Shown: positions 19,100-27,024, counted from the stretch's first letter. The stretch: DNA of 32,000 nucleotides from an archaeon (GCA_028279805.1 JANQMZ010000007.1:1-32000), one strand, 5' to 3'. The notes: a model not told the origin generated them from the sequence alone. Numbers and translations are program-made.

Positions 19100-19963
19100 A
19101 TGGTTACAATTGAAGAATTGGTTGAACTTGGTTTTTCTGAAAAAAACGCTGTCGCTTTATCCCAAAAATCCTATTTTCAGCGGAGGCTTAGGAGAGCATC
19201 CAAATCAACCCTTGAATCCAACTTGGAGAATATTGAGCGAATTTATGGTGTTTCCAGAAATCAAAGTGTTAAGGCCGTTTTTTCTTTTCCCCAATTTGCT
19301 GAGTACAATCATTCCCGTGTTCTGAAAGAAGCTCAGGATGTTTATGGTGTTTCCAAAGGAGCTGTTGTCAAGGCTGTTTTTTACGCTCCACCATTTGCTG
19401 GTCTTGACCATTTCCGTGTTTTGGATGACATTCAAAATATTTATGGTGTTAGCAAGGAGGTGGCTGTTAAAGCTGTTTTTTCTTTTCCGCCTTTTGCCGG
19501 TTTTAATCATTCCCTTGTTTTGAAGGACATTTCTGATATTTATGGCGTGTCCAGGGAAAAAGTTGTAAAAGCTGTTTTTAAAGCTCCAAGATTTGCAAGA
19601 CGAGATCATGTCCGGGTGTTAAGACAAATTAAGCGTTTTGCTAAACTTTTGGGCTTGAACAAAAAAACAATTATTGATTATTTGTTTGAAAATCCTGTGA
19701 TAGCCGGATATTCTTGGAAAAGAAATATTGCCTCGGTTGATGCCATTCGCAGAGCGGTTAAAAGAACTGGTGTTAATGTTTCTAATGAAGAAATGTTTCA
19801 ATGGTATATGACAGGTTATGGCCAGTCTCCTTATGCAGCCAAAGATTCCAAGGCTCGTGAGGGAACATTGGAAGCAAGAGGCGAACTTACAAAACCAAGC
19901 GATATGGGTAAAGCTGCTGAAAGCTGGTTAAAAAACAGAAAAAAAAGGAGGCATTTGAAATGA
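19100..19963 (+). CDS. Tandem helical-repeat protein with mTERF-like appearance, unknown function
   Basis: Four 33-aa repeats beginning YGVS, with degenerate flanking units and a distinct lysine/arginine-rich C-terminus. Confidence 0.75.
   Translation: MVTIEELVELGFSEKNAVALSQKSYFQRRLRRASKSTLESNLENIERIYGVSRNQSVKAVFSFPQFAEYNHSRVLKEAQDVYGVSKGAVVKAVFYAPPFAGLDHFRVLDDIQNIYGVSKEVAVKAVFSFPPFAGFNHSLVLKDISDIYGVSREKVVKAVFKAPRFARRDHVRVLRQIKRFAKLLGLNKKTIIDYLFENPVIAGYSWKRNIASVDAIRRAVKRTGVNVSNEEMFQWYMTGYGQSPYAAKDSKAREGTLEARGELTKPSDMGKAAESWLKNRKKRRHLK
19244..19639 (+). repeat. Four in-frame 99-bp (33-aa) direct tandem repeats
   Basis: Units at 19244-19342, 19343-19441, 19442-19540, 19541-19639. Protein core YGVSxxxxVKAVFxxPxFAxxxHxxVL. 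Confidence 0.93.
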
Positions 19964-20805
19964 GAATAGCCTGGCATAACACTCAGTATCCGGAAGAAGC
20001 TGATTTTATTGTTTTAGGCTGTGCTTCAGAAGAAGGTTCAAGCTGGGAGGGAACTTCAAAAGCACCTGAAGCCATAAGAAAAGCTTCAAGAGAATGGCTT
20101 ACAGGCGAATTGCATGACGGTACAAATTTTAGGTATAATCCGCAGTCAAGTGCTTTAAACAAGCTTGTTTTTGATGATGGAAATGTTAAAAAAAGTGTTC
20201 TGGCTGAAGCTGTTCAAACAATCAGTTCTGATAAAAAAATTCCAGTTATTTTAGGCGGAGACCATTCCGTTACAACTGAAGCATTAAAAGGTTTTGATGA
20301 AACAACAAAAAACATCAGCCTTGTTTACATTGATTCCCATCCTGATTTTATGGAAAGTGAAATGAATTATTATGCCTCCGTTTTAACCGATGTACAGGAA
20401 TTAAAAAATGTGAAACTAAACAAAAGTGTTCTGGTCGGAGTAAGAGGAGCAAACAGTTTTGAACTTGAAAACATTAAAAAATCCAAAATGAAAACTTTTT
20501 ATTCTGTTGATTTTGTGGAAAGCGGTGTTAAAAAAATTTTTAACCAGATTAAAAAAAAGATTACAAAAAAATTTTATTTAAGCATTGATGTTGACGTTTT
20601 GGATCCGGCTTTTGCACCCGGCGTATCCGATCCTGTTCCAGGAGGGATAACTTCAAACGAGTTAACCTTGTTATGCAAAAAACTTGCTTCTTTAAAGCCA
20701 ATCGGTTTTGATATTGTTGAAGTTCTTCCGGACAATGATGTAAATGAAAAAACTTCAACATTTGCCGCAAAACTTGTAAGTGAAATAATTTCTTCTTACA
20801 GGTGA
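19960..20805 (+). CDS. Agmatinase/arginase family ureohydrolase
   Basis: ILGGDHSVTTEAL, LVYIDSHPDFME, YLSIDVDVLDPAFAPGVSDPVPGGI. Confidence 0.92.
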   Translation: MRIAWHNTQYPEEADFIVLGCASEEGSSWEGTSKAPEAIRKASREWLTGELHDGTNFRYNPQSSALNKLVFDDGNVKKSVLAEAVQTISSDKKIPVILGGDHSVTTEALKGFDETTKNISLVYIDSHPDFMESEMNYYASVLTDVQELKNVKLNKSVLVGVRGANSFELENIKKSKMKTFYSVDFVESGVKKIFNQIKKKITKKFYLSIDVDVLDPAFAPGVSDPVPGGITSNELTLLCKKLASLKPIGFDIVEVLPDNDVNEKTSTFAAKLVSEIISSYR

Positions 20806-20809
20806 TTTT

Positions 20810-21490
20810 TTGAATGTTGTTCTTAATTTTCAGCCAAAAGAATTTAATCAAATTAAAAAAGCATTAAAAGAATATCCTGCAAAACCTGTTTCATCAAAAT
20901 ATGAAGAGCAACGATGGATAATCGGTTCATGCAGTCTTGTTTTGTATAAAAGCGGAAAACTTTTAATTCAGGGAAACAAAAGTGAAGATATTAAAAATCT
21001 GATTTTAAAAAAAATAAAACTGAAAGACAAACTGGTTCTGGGAATTGATGAAACAGGCAGAGGAGAAAATTTCGGGCCATTGGTTGTAGCAGGAGTTTTG
21101 GGTTATACCAATTCGCTCAGAGAATTAAGGGACAGTAAAAAAACAGCAAATTTGAAACAAAAATATTCACTTGTTAAAAAAAATTCAATTGCAGTAAAGC
21201 ATTTCAAGGCATTATCCTATGAAATTGATGCATTACGGGAACAGGGAATAAACCTGAATCAGATTCAGGCCAGTCTTATTAACAAAATTATTGATTTTTT
21301 TGAAAAAAAAGCCAAAAAAGCCCGGATTATCGTAGATGGTAGCCCTATAAAAAATGTCAATAAAAAGGCTCATTTTAAAGTTAAAGCGGATGATTTTGAA
21401 CCTGTTGTAGGAGCGGCAAGCATTATTGCAAAATATGCGAGAGAAAAAAGTTCTGATAAAAGAAAAAGAAAAACATGGAAAAACTCTTAA
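20810..21490 (+). CDS. Ribonuclease H2/H3 family protein with RNase HIII-like N-terminal extension
   Basis: N-terminal IIGSCSLVLYKSGKLLIQG followed by VLGIDETGRGENFGPLVVAGV and VDDFEPVV-like KADDFEPVVGAASIIAKYAREK. Confidence 0.85.
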   Translation: MNVVLNFQPKEFNQIKKALKEYPAKPVSSKYEEQRWIIGSCSLVLYKSGKLLIQGNKSEDIKNLILKKIKLKDKLVLGIDETGRGENFGPLVVAGVLGYTNSLRELRDSKKTANLKQKYSLVKKNSIAVKHFKALSYEIDALREQGINLNQIQASLINKIIDFFEKKAKKARIIVDGSPIKNVNKKAHFKVKADDFEPVVGAASIIAKYAREKSSDKRKRKTWKNS

Positions 21491-21996
21491 TCTATTTTAA
21501 AATTTTTATCTCCGACCAGTGCAGAATTTCCTGAAGGGTCTTCAAGCAGAACGGTGAATTTTTTTTGTCCGGCGCGTGCTTTTTTAATTTGTCCAAGAAT
21601 TTGTGTTGCTTTTTTTTTATCTGTTTTTGAAATAATTTCAATTGCCTGCTGAAATCTTTCCAGCAGTCCTTCAATGTTTGAAATGTAACCGTCTGACCTT
21701 GGCCCCGGGGAAACTTCCAACCCCAGTTCGGGAATTTTTATTTTGGCTGTTGAAGATTTTATGATTTTTGTTTTCAAATCTTCCGGTTTTTGAATTTCTG
21801 CCTTAAATTTTTTTGCATTTTTTCCTTTTGTTACTGATAAAACATCTGAAAACCTGAAACTGCAGTGTTCACATGACAATGTTGTTATTATTACTGTGCC
21901 AAAATTTTCAACCTCGTGATCTGTTTCCACAAATTTTGCTTTTTTTCCGCATTGAGGGCAATCAATTGTCATTGTACCTGAAACCATTTTAATCAC
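21487..21996 (-). CDS. ZPR1-like zinc finger domain protein
   Basis: IDCPQCGKKAKFVETDHEVENFGTVIITTLSCEHCSFRFSDV and LGLEVSPGPRSDGYISNIEGLLERF. Confidence 0.88.
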   Translation of the reverse strand: MIKMVSGTMTIDCPQCGKKAKFVETDHEVENFGTVIITTLSCEHCSFRFSDVLSVTKGKNAKKFKAEIQKPEDLKTKIIKSSTAKIKIPELGLEVSPGPRSDGYISNIEGLLERFQQAIEIISKTDKKKATQILGQIKKARAGQKKFTVLLEDPSGNSALVGDKNFKID

Positions 21997-22730
21997 TTTA
22001 AAAATTGTTCAAAATTTTTTTCACAATTTTTTTCCAATTCTTTTAATTCTATTCCTCTTAATTCTGAAACTTTTTCTGCAACTTTTTTAATCCAGCTTGG
22101 CTCCGCTTTTTCCCCGTTAAATTTTACAGGTGCATCTGTTTCAAGCAGCAGGTTTTTCAGCGGAATTTTTTTGGCAAAATTCTGAACATGTTTATCTGTA
22201 AAAACGCTTGGCCCTACTGAAACAAAATAATTCCTGTTAACAATTTTGTTCAAGAATTTTTCATCATAAAACCAGTGCATTAAAACTTTTTTTGGAGAAT
22301 ATTCTTTCAGTGCTTTAAAGCAGTCATGATGGGAACGTCTTGAATGTATGACAACAGGCTTGTCATATTCTAATGCGGTTAAAAGCTGCCTTTTAAGCAC
22401 TTTTTTTTGTGTTTTCCTTTTGTCATTTGTGTTGCCGTGCTTGTAGTCAAGCCCTATTTCCCCGACAGCTGACGCTTTGTCAATTTTTTCTTCAACAAAA
22501 TTTAATGTTTTTTCAATTTCCTCTTTTTTCATTCCGAAAACAGAGTTGCTGGGATGCAGCCCTAATGCTATTTCAACCTGTTCAATTTGTTTTAATTTTA
22601 AGTGTTTTTTTGCCGATTTTAAATCAACAGAATTTGATAAAATTTTTTCAACTCTGTTTTCTTTTGCTTTTTTGATTATTTCTTTAATATCCGAAAACTC
22701 GTCCAGATGGCAGTGTGAATCTATTAACAT
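21993..22730 (-). CDS. TatD family metal-dependent hydrolase
   Basis: MLIDSHCHLDEF, VGEIGLDYK, KPVVIHSRRSHHD, LLLETDAP. Confidence 0.92.
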   Translation of the reverse strand: MLIDSHCHLDEFSDIKEIIKKAKENRVEKILSNSVDLKSAKKHLKLKQIEQVEIALGLHPSNSVFGMKKEEIEKTLNFVEEKIDKASAVGEIGLDYKHGNTNDKRKTQKKVLKRQLLTALEYDKPVVIHSRRSHHDCFKALKEYSPKKVLMHWFYDEKFLNKIVNRNYFVSVGPSVFTDKHVQNFAKKIPLKNLLLETDAPVKFNGEKAEPSWIKKVAEKVSELRGIELKELEKNCEKNFEQFLK

Positions 22731-22763
22731 TATGAAATTTTAATGGAAACTCATTAATAAGTT

Positions 22764-23366
22764 TTGCAATCCTTTTTTGTTATGAAATTTTTTTTAGGAG
22801 AACAGGAATTTGATGTTTTTGAAGGAGTTTATCCTCCCAGTGAAGACTCATATCTTTTATCCGAATCAATTGAAATTAATCCTCAGGATGTTGCCTTGGA
22901 CATAGGATGCGGTTCGGGAATTCAGACAATTACTATGGCTTTGCAGGGTGCAACGGTTTTTGCGGTCGATATTCTGCAAAAAGCTCTGGACAATACTCTG
23001 CATAATGCAAAAATCGCGGGAATAAAAAACCAGGTTTTTGCCGAAAACTCTGATTTGTTTTCAAACATTAAAAAAGATATGAAGTTTGATTTAATTGTTT
23101 TTAATCCTCCTTATGTTCCCAGTGAAAAAGAAAAAAAATACAAAGATCTGGACGGAGGAATAAAAGGGCAGGAAGTTTTACACAAATTCTTGGACAAGTT
23201 TTCCCTGCACCTGAAGGAAAATGGAAAAACCTTTTTTTTACAAAGCTCTTTAAATGATGTTGAAAAAACTTCCAGCATTTTAACAGAAAAAGGGCTTAAT
23301 TTTGAAATTGTTAACAGGCAAAACTTGTTTATGGAAGAATTAATTGTTTTCAAAGCATTTTTCTAA
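22764..23366 (+). CDS. HemK/PrmC-family class I SAM methyltransferase (archaeal HEMK2-like)
   Basis: VYPPSEDSYLLSESI, ALDIGCGSGIQTITMALQG, FDLIVFNPPYVPS. Confidence 0.88.
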   Translation: MQSFFVMKFFLGEQEFDVFEGVYPPSEDSYLLSESIEINPQDVALDIGCGSGIQTITMALQGATVFAVDILQKALDNTLHNAKIAGIKNQVFAENSDLFSNIKKDMKFDLIVFNPPYVPSEKEKKYKDLDGGIKGQEVLHKFLDKFSLHLKENGKTFFLQSSLNDVEKTSSILTEKGLNFEIVNRQNLFMEELIVFKAFF

Positions 23367-23399
23367 GCCTTTTTAATCCTTTTTTTGTATTTTGTTTTT

Positions 23400-24545
23400 A
23401 TGCCTGCAAATGTTTCTTACGAGTTTGCAAAATCACGTGAAAAGTACAATAATGCCAGAACTTTGGATGAAAAACTGGCTGCTTTGAGGGAAATGAGGAA
23501 AAATGCTCCCGGCCATAAAGGCGGTGAACATGTTCGTGCTGACATTTCAAGAAAAATTAAGGCAGTTAAGGAACAAATGGCCAAGCAGGCTGTTCAGAGA
23601 AAAAAAACTTCCGGTTCCAAAAGTCTTGCTGTTAAAAAAGATGGCATGGGGCAAATTGTCCTTGTTTCATTTCCCAATGTGGGAAAAAGCACTATTTTGA
23701 ATGCTTTGACAAACAAATCTGTTCAGGTTGCAGATTATCCTTTTACTACCAAAAAGCCTGTTGTTGGAATGGCTGATTTTGAAGGTGCAAAAATTCAGCT
23801 TGTTGAGCTTCCCGGAATTGTTAAAGGCGCTTCAGCCGGAAAAGCTTCAGGAACTGAACTGTTAAGCATCGCGCGCAATGCTGATGCAGTTGTTTTTCTT
23901 TTTTCTGCTGAAAATGTTTTAAAAGAGTGGAATGTTTTGAAAAAAGAATTTGAAAATTCTTTTATTCAGATTAATAAATCCAAGCCAAAAATTAAGGTTA
24001 ATAAAAGCAGATTTAAGGGAATTACAATTGCCGGTAAAAAATTTTTAAAAATGTCTTTTGAAAAATTCAAAGAATTGCTTAAAAGTGAGGGATTTCATAA
24101 TGCTTCTGTTGTTCTGGAAGAGCCAACGACTAAGGAAAAACTTGAAGAGGTTCTTGACAACAGGTTGACTTACAAAAAAGCTTTTGGTTTAATAATTCAA
24201 AAAAATTTGTCTCCTAAACCTGATGAAGTAAAAAAAGTTTCAAAATTTTTGCCTTTAACAATTGTCTCTGATTCTGATGAGGAAACGGTTAAAGATTTAA
24301 AGCAAAAAATGTTTTATATTTTGAACAAAATTTTAATCTGGACCAAAAAACCGGGGGAAGAAAAAGCTGTTGAGCCGATTGCATTAAAAAAGGGTTCAAC
24401 GGTTGACCATATGGCTCAGTTGCTGCATAAGGATTTTGCTGATTTTAAGTTTGCCAAAATATGGGGGTCGGGAAAATTTGCAGGGCAAAGAGTTTCAAAG
24501 GATTATGAGTTAAAACACAGGGATATCGTGGAAATTTATTCCTGA
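23400..24545 (+). CDS. OBG/DRG-type GTPase with C-terminal TGS-like domain
   Basis: IVLVSFPNVGKSTILNALTNKSVQVADYPFTTKKPVVGMADFEGAKIQLVELPGIVKGA; C-terminal LKKGSTVDHMAQLLHKDFADFKFAKIWGSGKFAGQRVSKDYELKHRDIVEI. Confidence 0.92.
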   Translation: MPANVSYEFAKSREKYNNARTLDEKLAALREMRKNAPGHKGGEHVRADISRKIKAVKEQMAKQAVQRKKTSGSKSLAVKKDGMGQIVLVSFPNVGKSTILNALTNKSVQVADYPFTTKKPVVGMADFEGAKIQLVELPGIVKGASAGKASGTELLSIARNADAVVFLFSAENVLKEWNVLKKEFENSFIQINKSKPKIKVNKSRFKGITIAGKKFLKMSFEKFKELLKSEGFHNASVVLEEPTTKEKLEEVLDNRLTYKKAFGLIIQKNLSPKPDEVKKVSKFLPLTIVSDSDEETVKDLKQKMFYILNKILIWTKKPGEEKAVEPIALKKGSTVDHMAQLLHKDFADFKFAKIWGSGKFAGQRVSKDYELKHRDIVEIYS

Positions 24546-24546
24546 T

Positions 24547-25830
24547 TTAAAATTCTACTTTTTCCTCTTCTTTTGAACCTAGTATTTTGTCTTTGTTTTT
24601 TATAATAAAGACAATTGCCCCTATTGCCAGTATTGCAATTATTCCGTTAAACAGCAAATTATAATTTGGCTCCGGTCCTGGGGACCCGTCAACAAATCCT
24701 TCTTTTTTTATGCTTATAACATTGTTTTTTGCCCTTTTTGCAAAATTGATTGATTCCTGGTAATCTCCTTTGCTGTAAAAATTTTGGGCTTTTTCCCAGT
24801 TGCTTTCCAGTAATTTTAAATCCGCCTGGTTTTTCCACAGTGGAGCGTTTTCCTCTGATAGCATTATTCCTGCAGCGTTTTCCAAAACTGCATAACTTTG
24901 CCCTGCTTCTGTTTTCAGTTTTGAATCAGGTTCAAATAATTCAATGAAAGCTTTTTGCCTGTCTAACCTGTTTTCAAACAGGTCTGCCCAGTTTGAAGCT
25001 CTTGAGATAACCATGTTAAAAGTGTTTTCAATCAATAATTGTAATTTGTCAACATTTGTTGCCCATGTTCCTATTATTGAATAATCTGCCGGCGGGTCAG
25101 CCAGGTCAAGCAAAGATCTTTTTGTATCCAGTTCAACATCTGCTGTTGAAATTAATCCTTTTAATGTGTCAACATTTGCATTGTACACCAGTGACATTTC
25201 ATCCAATTCTTTTAATGTGTCAAAAACATCGTCTAACGCATTTTTCAAATCTGTTTCCTGGCCTGTTTCTGGCAAATTTAAAAAATTTGTTTCCATTTCT
25301 GTAGCTGTTTCCATTTTTGAACTTAATTCAATGGCCTTTAAGCTTAAATCTGTTAACTGGTTTTTCATTGTAATAACAAGTGAAGCTACCGCAGCATCAC
25401 TTAACTCGTTGTCTATTAATGTTAAATGATTTTTTTCAGATTCTAAAAAGTTTGCAATATTTTTTGCTCTTAAGGATTCAGAAACAAACCATACCAATGC
25501 CGGATCGTCATTTATTTGTTTTTTTGTTTCTGAATATTCTATTATAAAATCGCTTGTTTTAAAAAGCGCATTGTTTGTTACTTTTTTGTTAACCAGGTTT
25601 TCCTGTTCTTTTTCAAGTGAAATAAATCCTATTGTTTCTTCGCCTGAATAAACCGGGACAACATAAAAATTTTGTTCTCCGTGTTTTAATTCTTTAAAGT
25701 TTTTTATTTGTTCTCCGTCAACAATTAAGCCTGCTTCTCCGCTTACAAAAACAGTCGGGTCATAGCCATAAACACCTGCAAAAAACAGCATTAAAAGTAT
25801 TATTATGGTAAAATAACGCATTTTGCTCAT
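24547..25830 (-). CDS. Secreted/cell-surface protein with N-terminal signal, long helical ectodomain and C-terminal TM anchor
   Basis: MRYFTIIILLMLFFAGVYG signal-like start; LFNGIIAILAIGAIVFIIKNKDKIL near C-terminus. Likely ATG at 25830 or 25821. Confidence 0.7.
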   Translation of the reverse strand: MSKMRYFTIIILLMLFFAGVYGYDPTVFVSGEAGLIVDGEQIKNFKELKHGEQNFYVVPVYSGEETIGFISLEKEQENLVNKKVTNNALFKTSDFIIEYSETKKQINDDPALVWFVSESLRAKNIANFLESEKNHLTLIDNELSDAAVASLVITMKNQLTDLSLKAIELSSKMETATEMETNFLNLPETGQETDLKNALDDVFDTLKELDEMSLVYNANVDTLKGLISTADVELDTKRSLLDLADPPADYSIIGTWATNVDKLQLLIENTFNMVISRASNWADLFENRLDRQKAFIELFEPDSKLKTEAGQSYAVLENAAGIMLSEENAPLWKNQADLKLLESNWEKAQNFYSKGDYQESINFAKRAKNNVISIKKEGFVDGSPGPEPNYNLLFNGIIAILAIGAIVFIIKNKDKILGSKEEEKVEF

Positions 25831-25947
25831 TTGAATACTATAAACTTTTCTAAAATAAAACCTTTGCGGTGCTCTTTTCAGGCTCAAATTTCACTGAAAA
25901 GCTTTTTTAATTTTTTCACTTTCAATTAAAGCTTAAGGTGAATCTTT

Positions 25948-26718
25948 TTGAAACCATTAACTGCATTTTTGCTTTTAACAATTTTTTTGGCAGGATGCAC
26001 TTCCACACCCGTTACTGAAAATCCTACCGGAAAAGGCTTAACTTATAAGTTTAATGAAGGGGAAGCGTTTATTGTAAATGTTGTAATTGATGAAACACCT
26101 TTTCCGGATACTAATGACATTCCGAATACACGGATTCAACAAACTCTTTTCTTAATAAAAGAAAAACAAAACAATGCATTTATTGCTGATTCTTTTCTTT
26201 TAGACGCTGAACAGTTTACTGATAAAAAACTTATTAATTTGTGCAACAAAACAAGAGAAGCTGACAAGAAAAAAACAATTGCTTTTTTTGAAGACGGAAC
26301 AATTAATGTTGGAAACGGCAAAATCGTTACAAACCTTTTCATTCCTCAAAAATTTTTAAACATCGGAGATGAATGGGTTTTTAATGAAGTCAAATATGTT
26401 TTAGGCGACAAAACATCAATAACTGTTGCAGAAAAAACTTTTAATGTGTATAAAATAACTTTTTCCGGAACAGTTAATAATGTTCCAAGAGAAGGCACAG
26501 CCTTTTTTGATTATGAAAACGGAAAACTTGTAGAAGTTGAAACTTTTTACACTTATCCTGAGGGAACATCCGACTTTTTATACCAGCTTGCTGAAATTCA
26601 TCCCGATTACGATTTGTCACAGGCAGACTTATCCTGCGCCAATTCTCCTTTTATCGGGGAAAATGCTGTTGTAATAGAGGTTCCTTTATCGGAAGAAAAT
26701 GATTTGAATAAAGCTTAA
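25948..26718 (+). CDS. Predicted lipoprotein, unknown function
   Basis: MKPLTAFLLLTIFLAGCTSTP lipobox-type signal peptide. Confidence 0.72.
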   Translation: MKPLTAFLLLTIFLAGCTSTPVTENPTGKGLTYKFNEGEAFIVNVVIDETPFPDTNDIPNTRIQQTLFLIKEKQNNAFIADSFLLDAEQFTDKKLINLCNKTREADKKKTIAFFEDGTINVGNGKIVTNLFIPQKFLNIGDEWVFNEVKYVLGDKTSITVAEKTFNVYKITFSGTVNNVPREGTAFFDYENGKLVEVETFYTYPEGTSDFLYQLAEIHPDYDLSQADLSCANSPFIGENAVVIEVPLSEENDLNKA

Positions 26719-26731
26719 TCGGAATAAAACA

Positions 26732-26751
26732 AGCATTTTAAAAATGCTGAA
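26732..26751 (+). terminator. Hairpin after the lipoprotein gene
   Basis: AGCATTTT/AAAATGCT inverted repeat within caagcattttaaaaatgctg, between the lipoprotein gene and the tRNA. Confidence 0.35.
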
Positions 26752-26772
26752 AACCATTATTTTAATTCCAAT

Positions 26773-26943
26773 GGGGACATGGGGTAACCAGGCAGCCCAG
26801 TAGGCTCCAGAAAGCTTTAATGCATGTTTTTGGAGTGCTGAGTTCCACTGGAACAATGAAGAATAGTAGGTTGAAACAGTTCTTTTAGAACAATGAAAGT
26901 TTGGAGAAACCTGCTAGTCCGGGTTCAAATCCCGGTGTCCCCA
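26773..26943 (+). tRNA. trnW: tRNA-Trp (CCA anticodon), intron-containing
   Basis: Exons 26773-26810 and 26909-26943; acceptor GGGGACA/TGTCCCC; D stem GGGT/GCCC; anticodon stem GTAGG/CCTGC with loop CTCCAGA; T arm CCGGG-TTCAAAT-CCCGG; discriminator A; CCA tail not encoded. Confidence 0.95.
26811..26908 (+). ncRNA. 98-nt pre-tRNA-Trp intron with BHB motif and box C/D-like guide features
   Basis: Central helix CTCC(26805-26808):GGAG(26903-26906); 3-nt bulges AGA(26809-26811) and AAA(26907-26909); inner helix AAGCTTT(26812-26818):AAAGTTT(26896-26902). CTGA 26838-26841, ATGAAGA 26856-26862, TTGA 26871-26874, ATGAAAG 26893-26899. Confidence 0.85.
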
Positions 26944-27002
26944 TGCTCGGTGTTCCGAGCAAGAACATACTGGCTTCGCCAGTATTTGCGCCTTCAGCGC
27001 AA
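26944..27002 (+). other. Three consecutive perfect hairpins immediately 3' of tRNA-Trp
   Basis: TGCTCGG-TGTT-CCGAGCA 26944-26961; ATACTGG-CTTCG-CCAGTAT 26967-26985; TTGCGC-CTTCA-GCGCAA 26986-27002. Confidence 0.75.
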
Positions 27003-27024
27003 GCGAAGGTTGTGATGGCTGAAA

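Noticed and set aside
19244-19639. 99-bp direct repeats considered as CRISPR or satellite DNA, and as TALE-like repeats
   Set aside because: The repeats are contiguous, in frame and within a continuous ORF, so not CRISPR. They lack the TALE LTPxQVVAIAS core and paired hypervariable residues.
27012-27022. GTGATGG immediately followed by CTGA, looking like box C and box D
   Set aside because: There is no guide spacer between the boxes; likely chance in the leader of the next gene.
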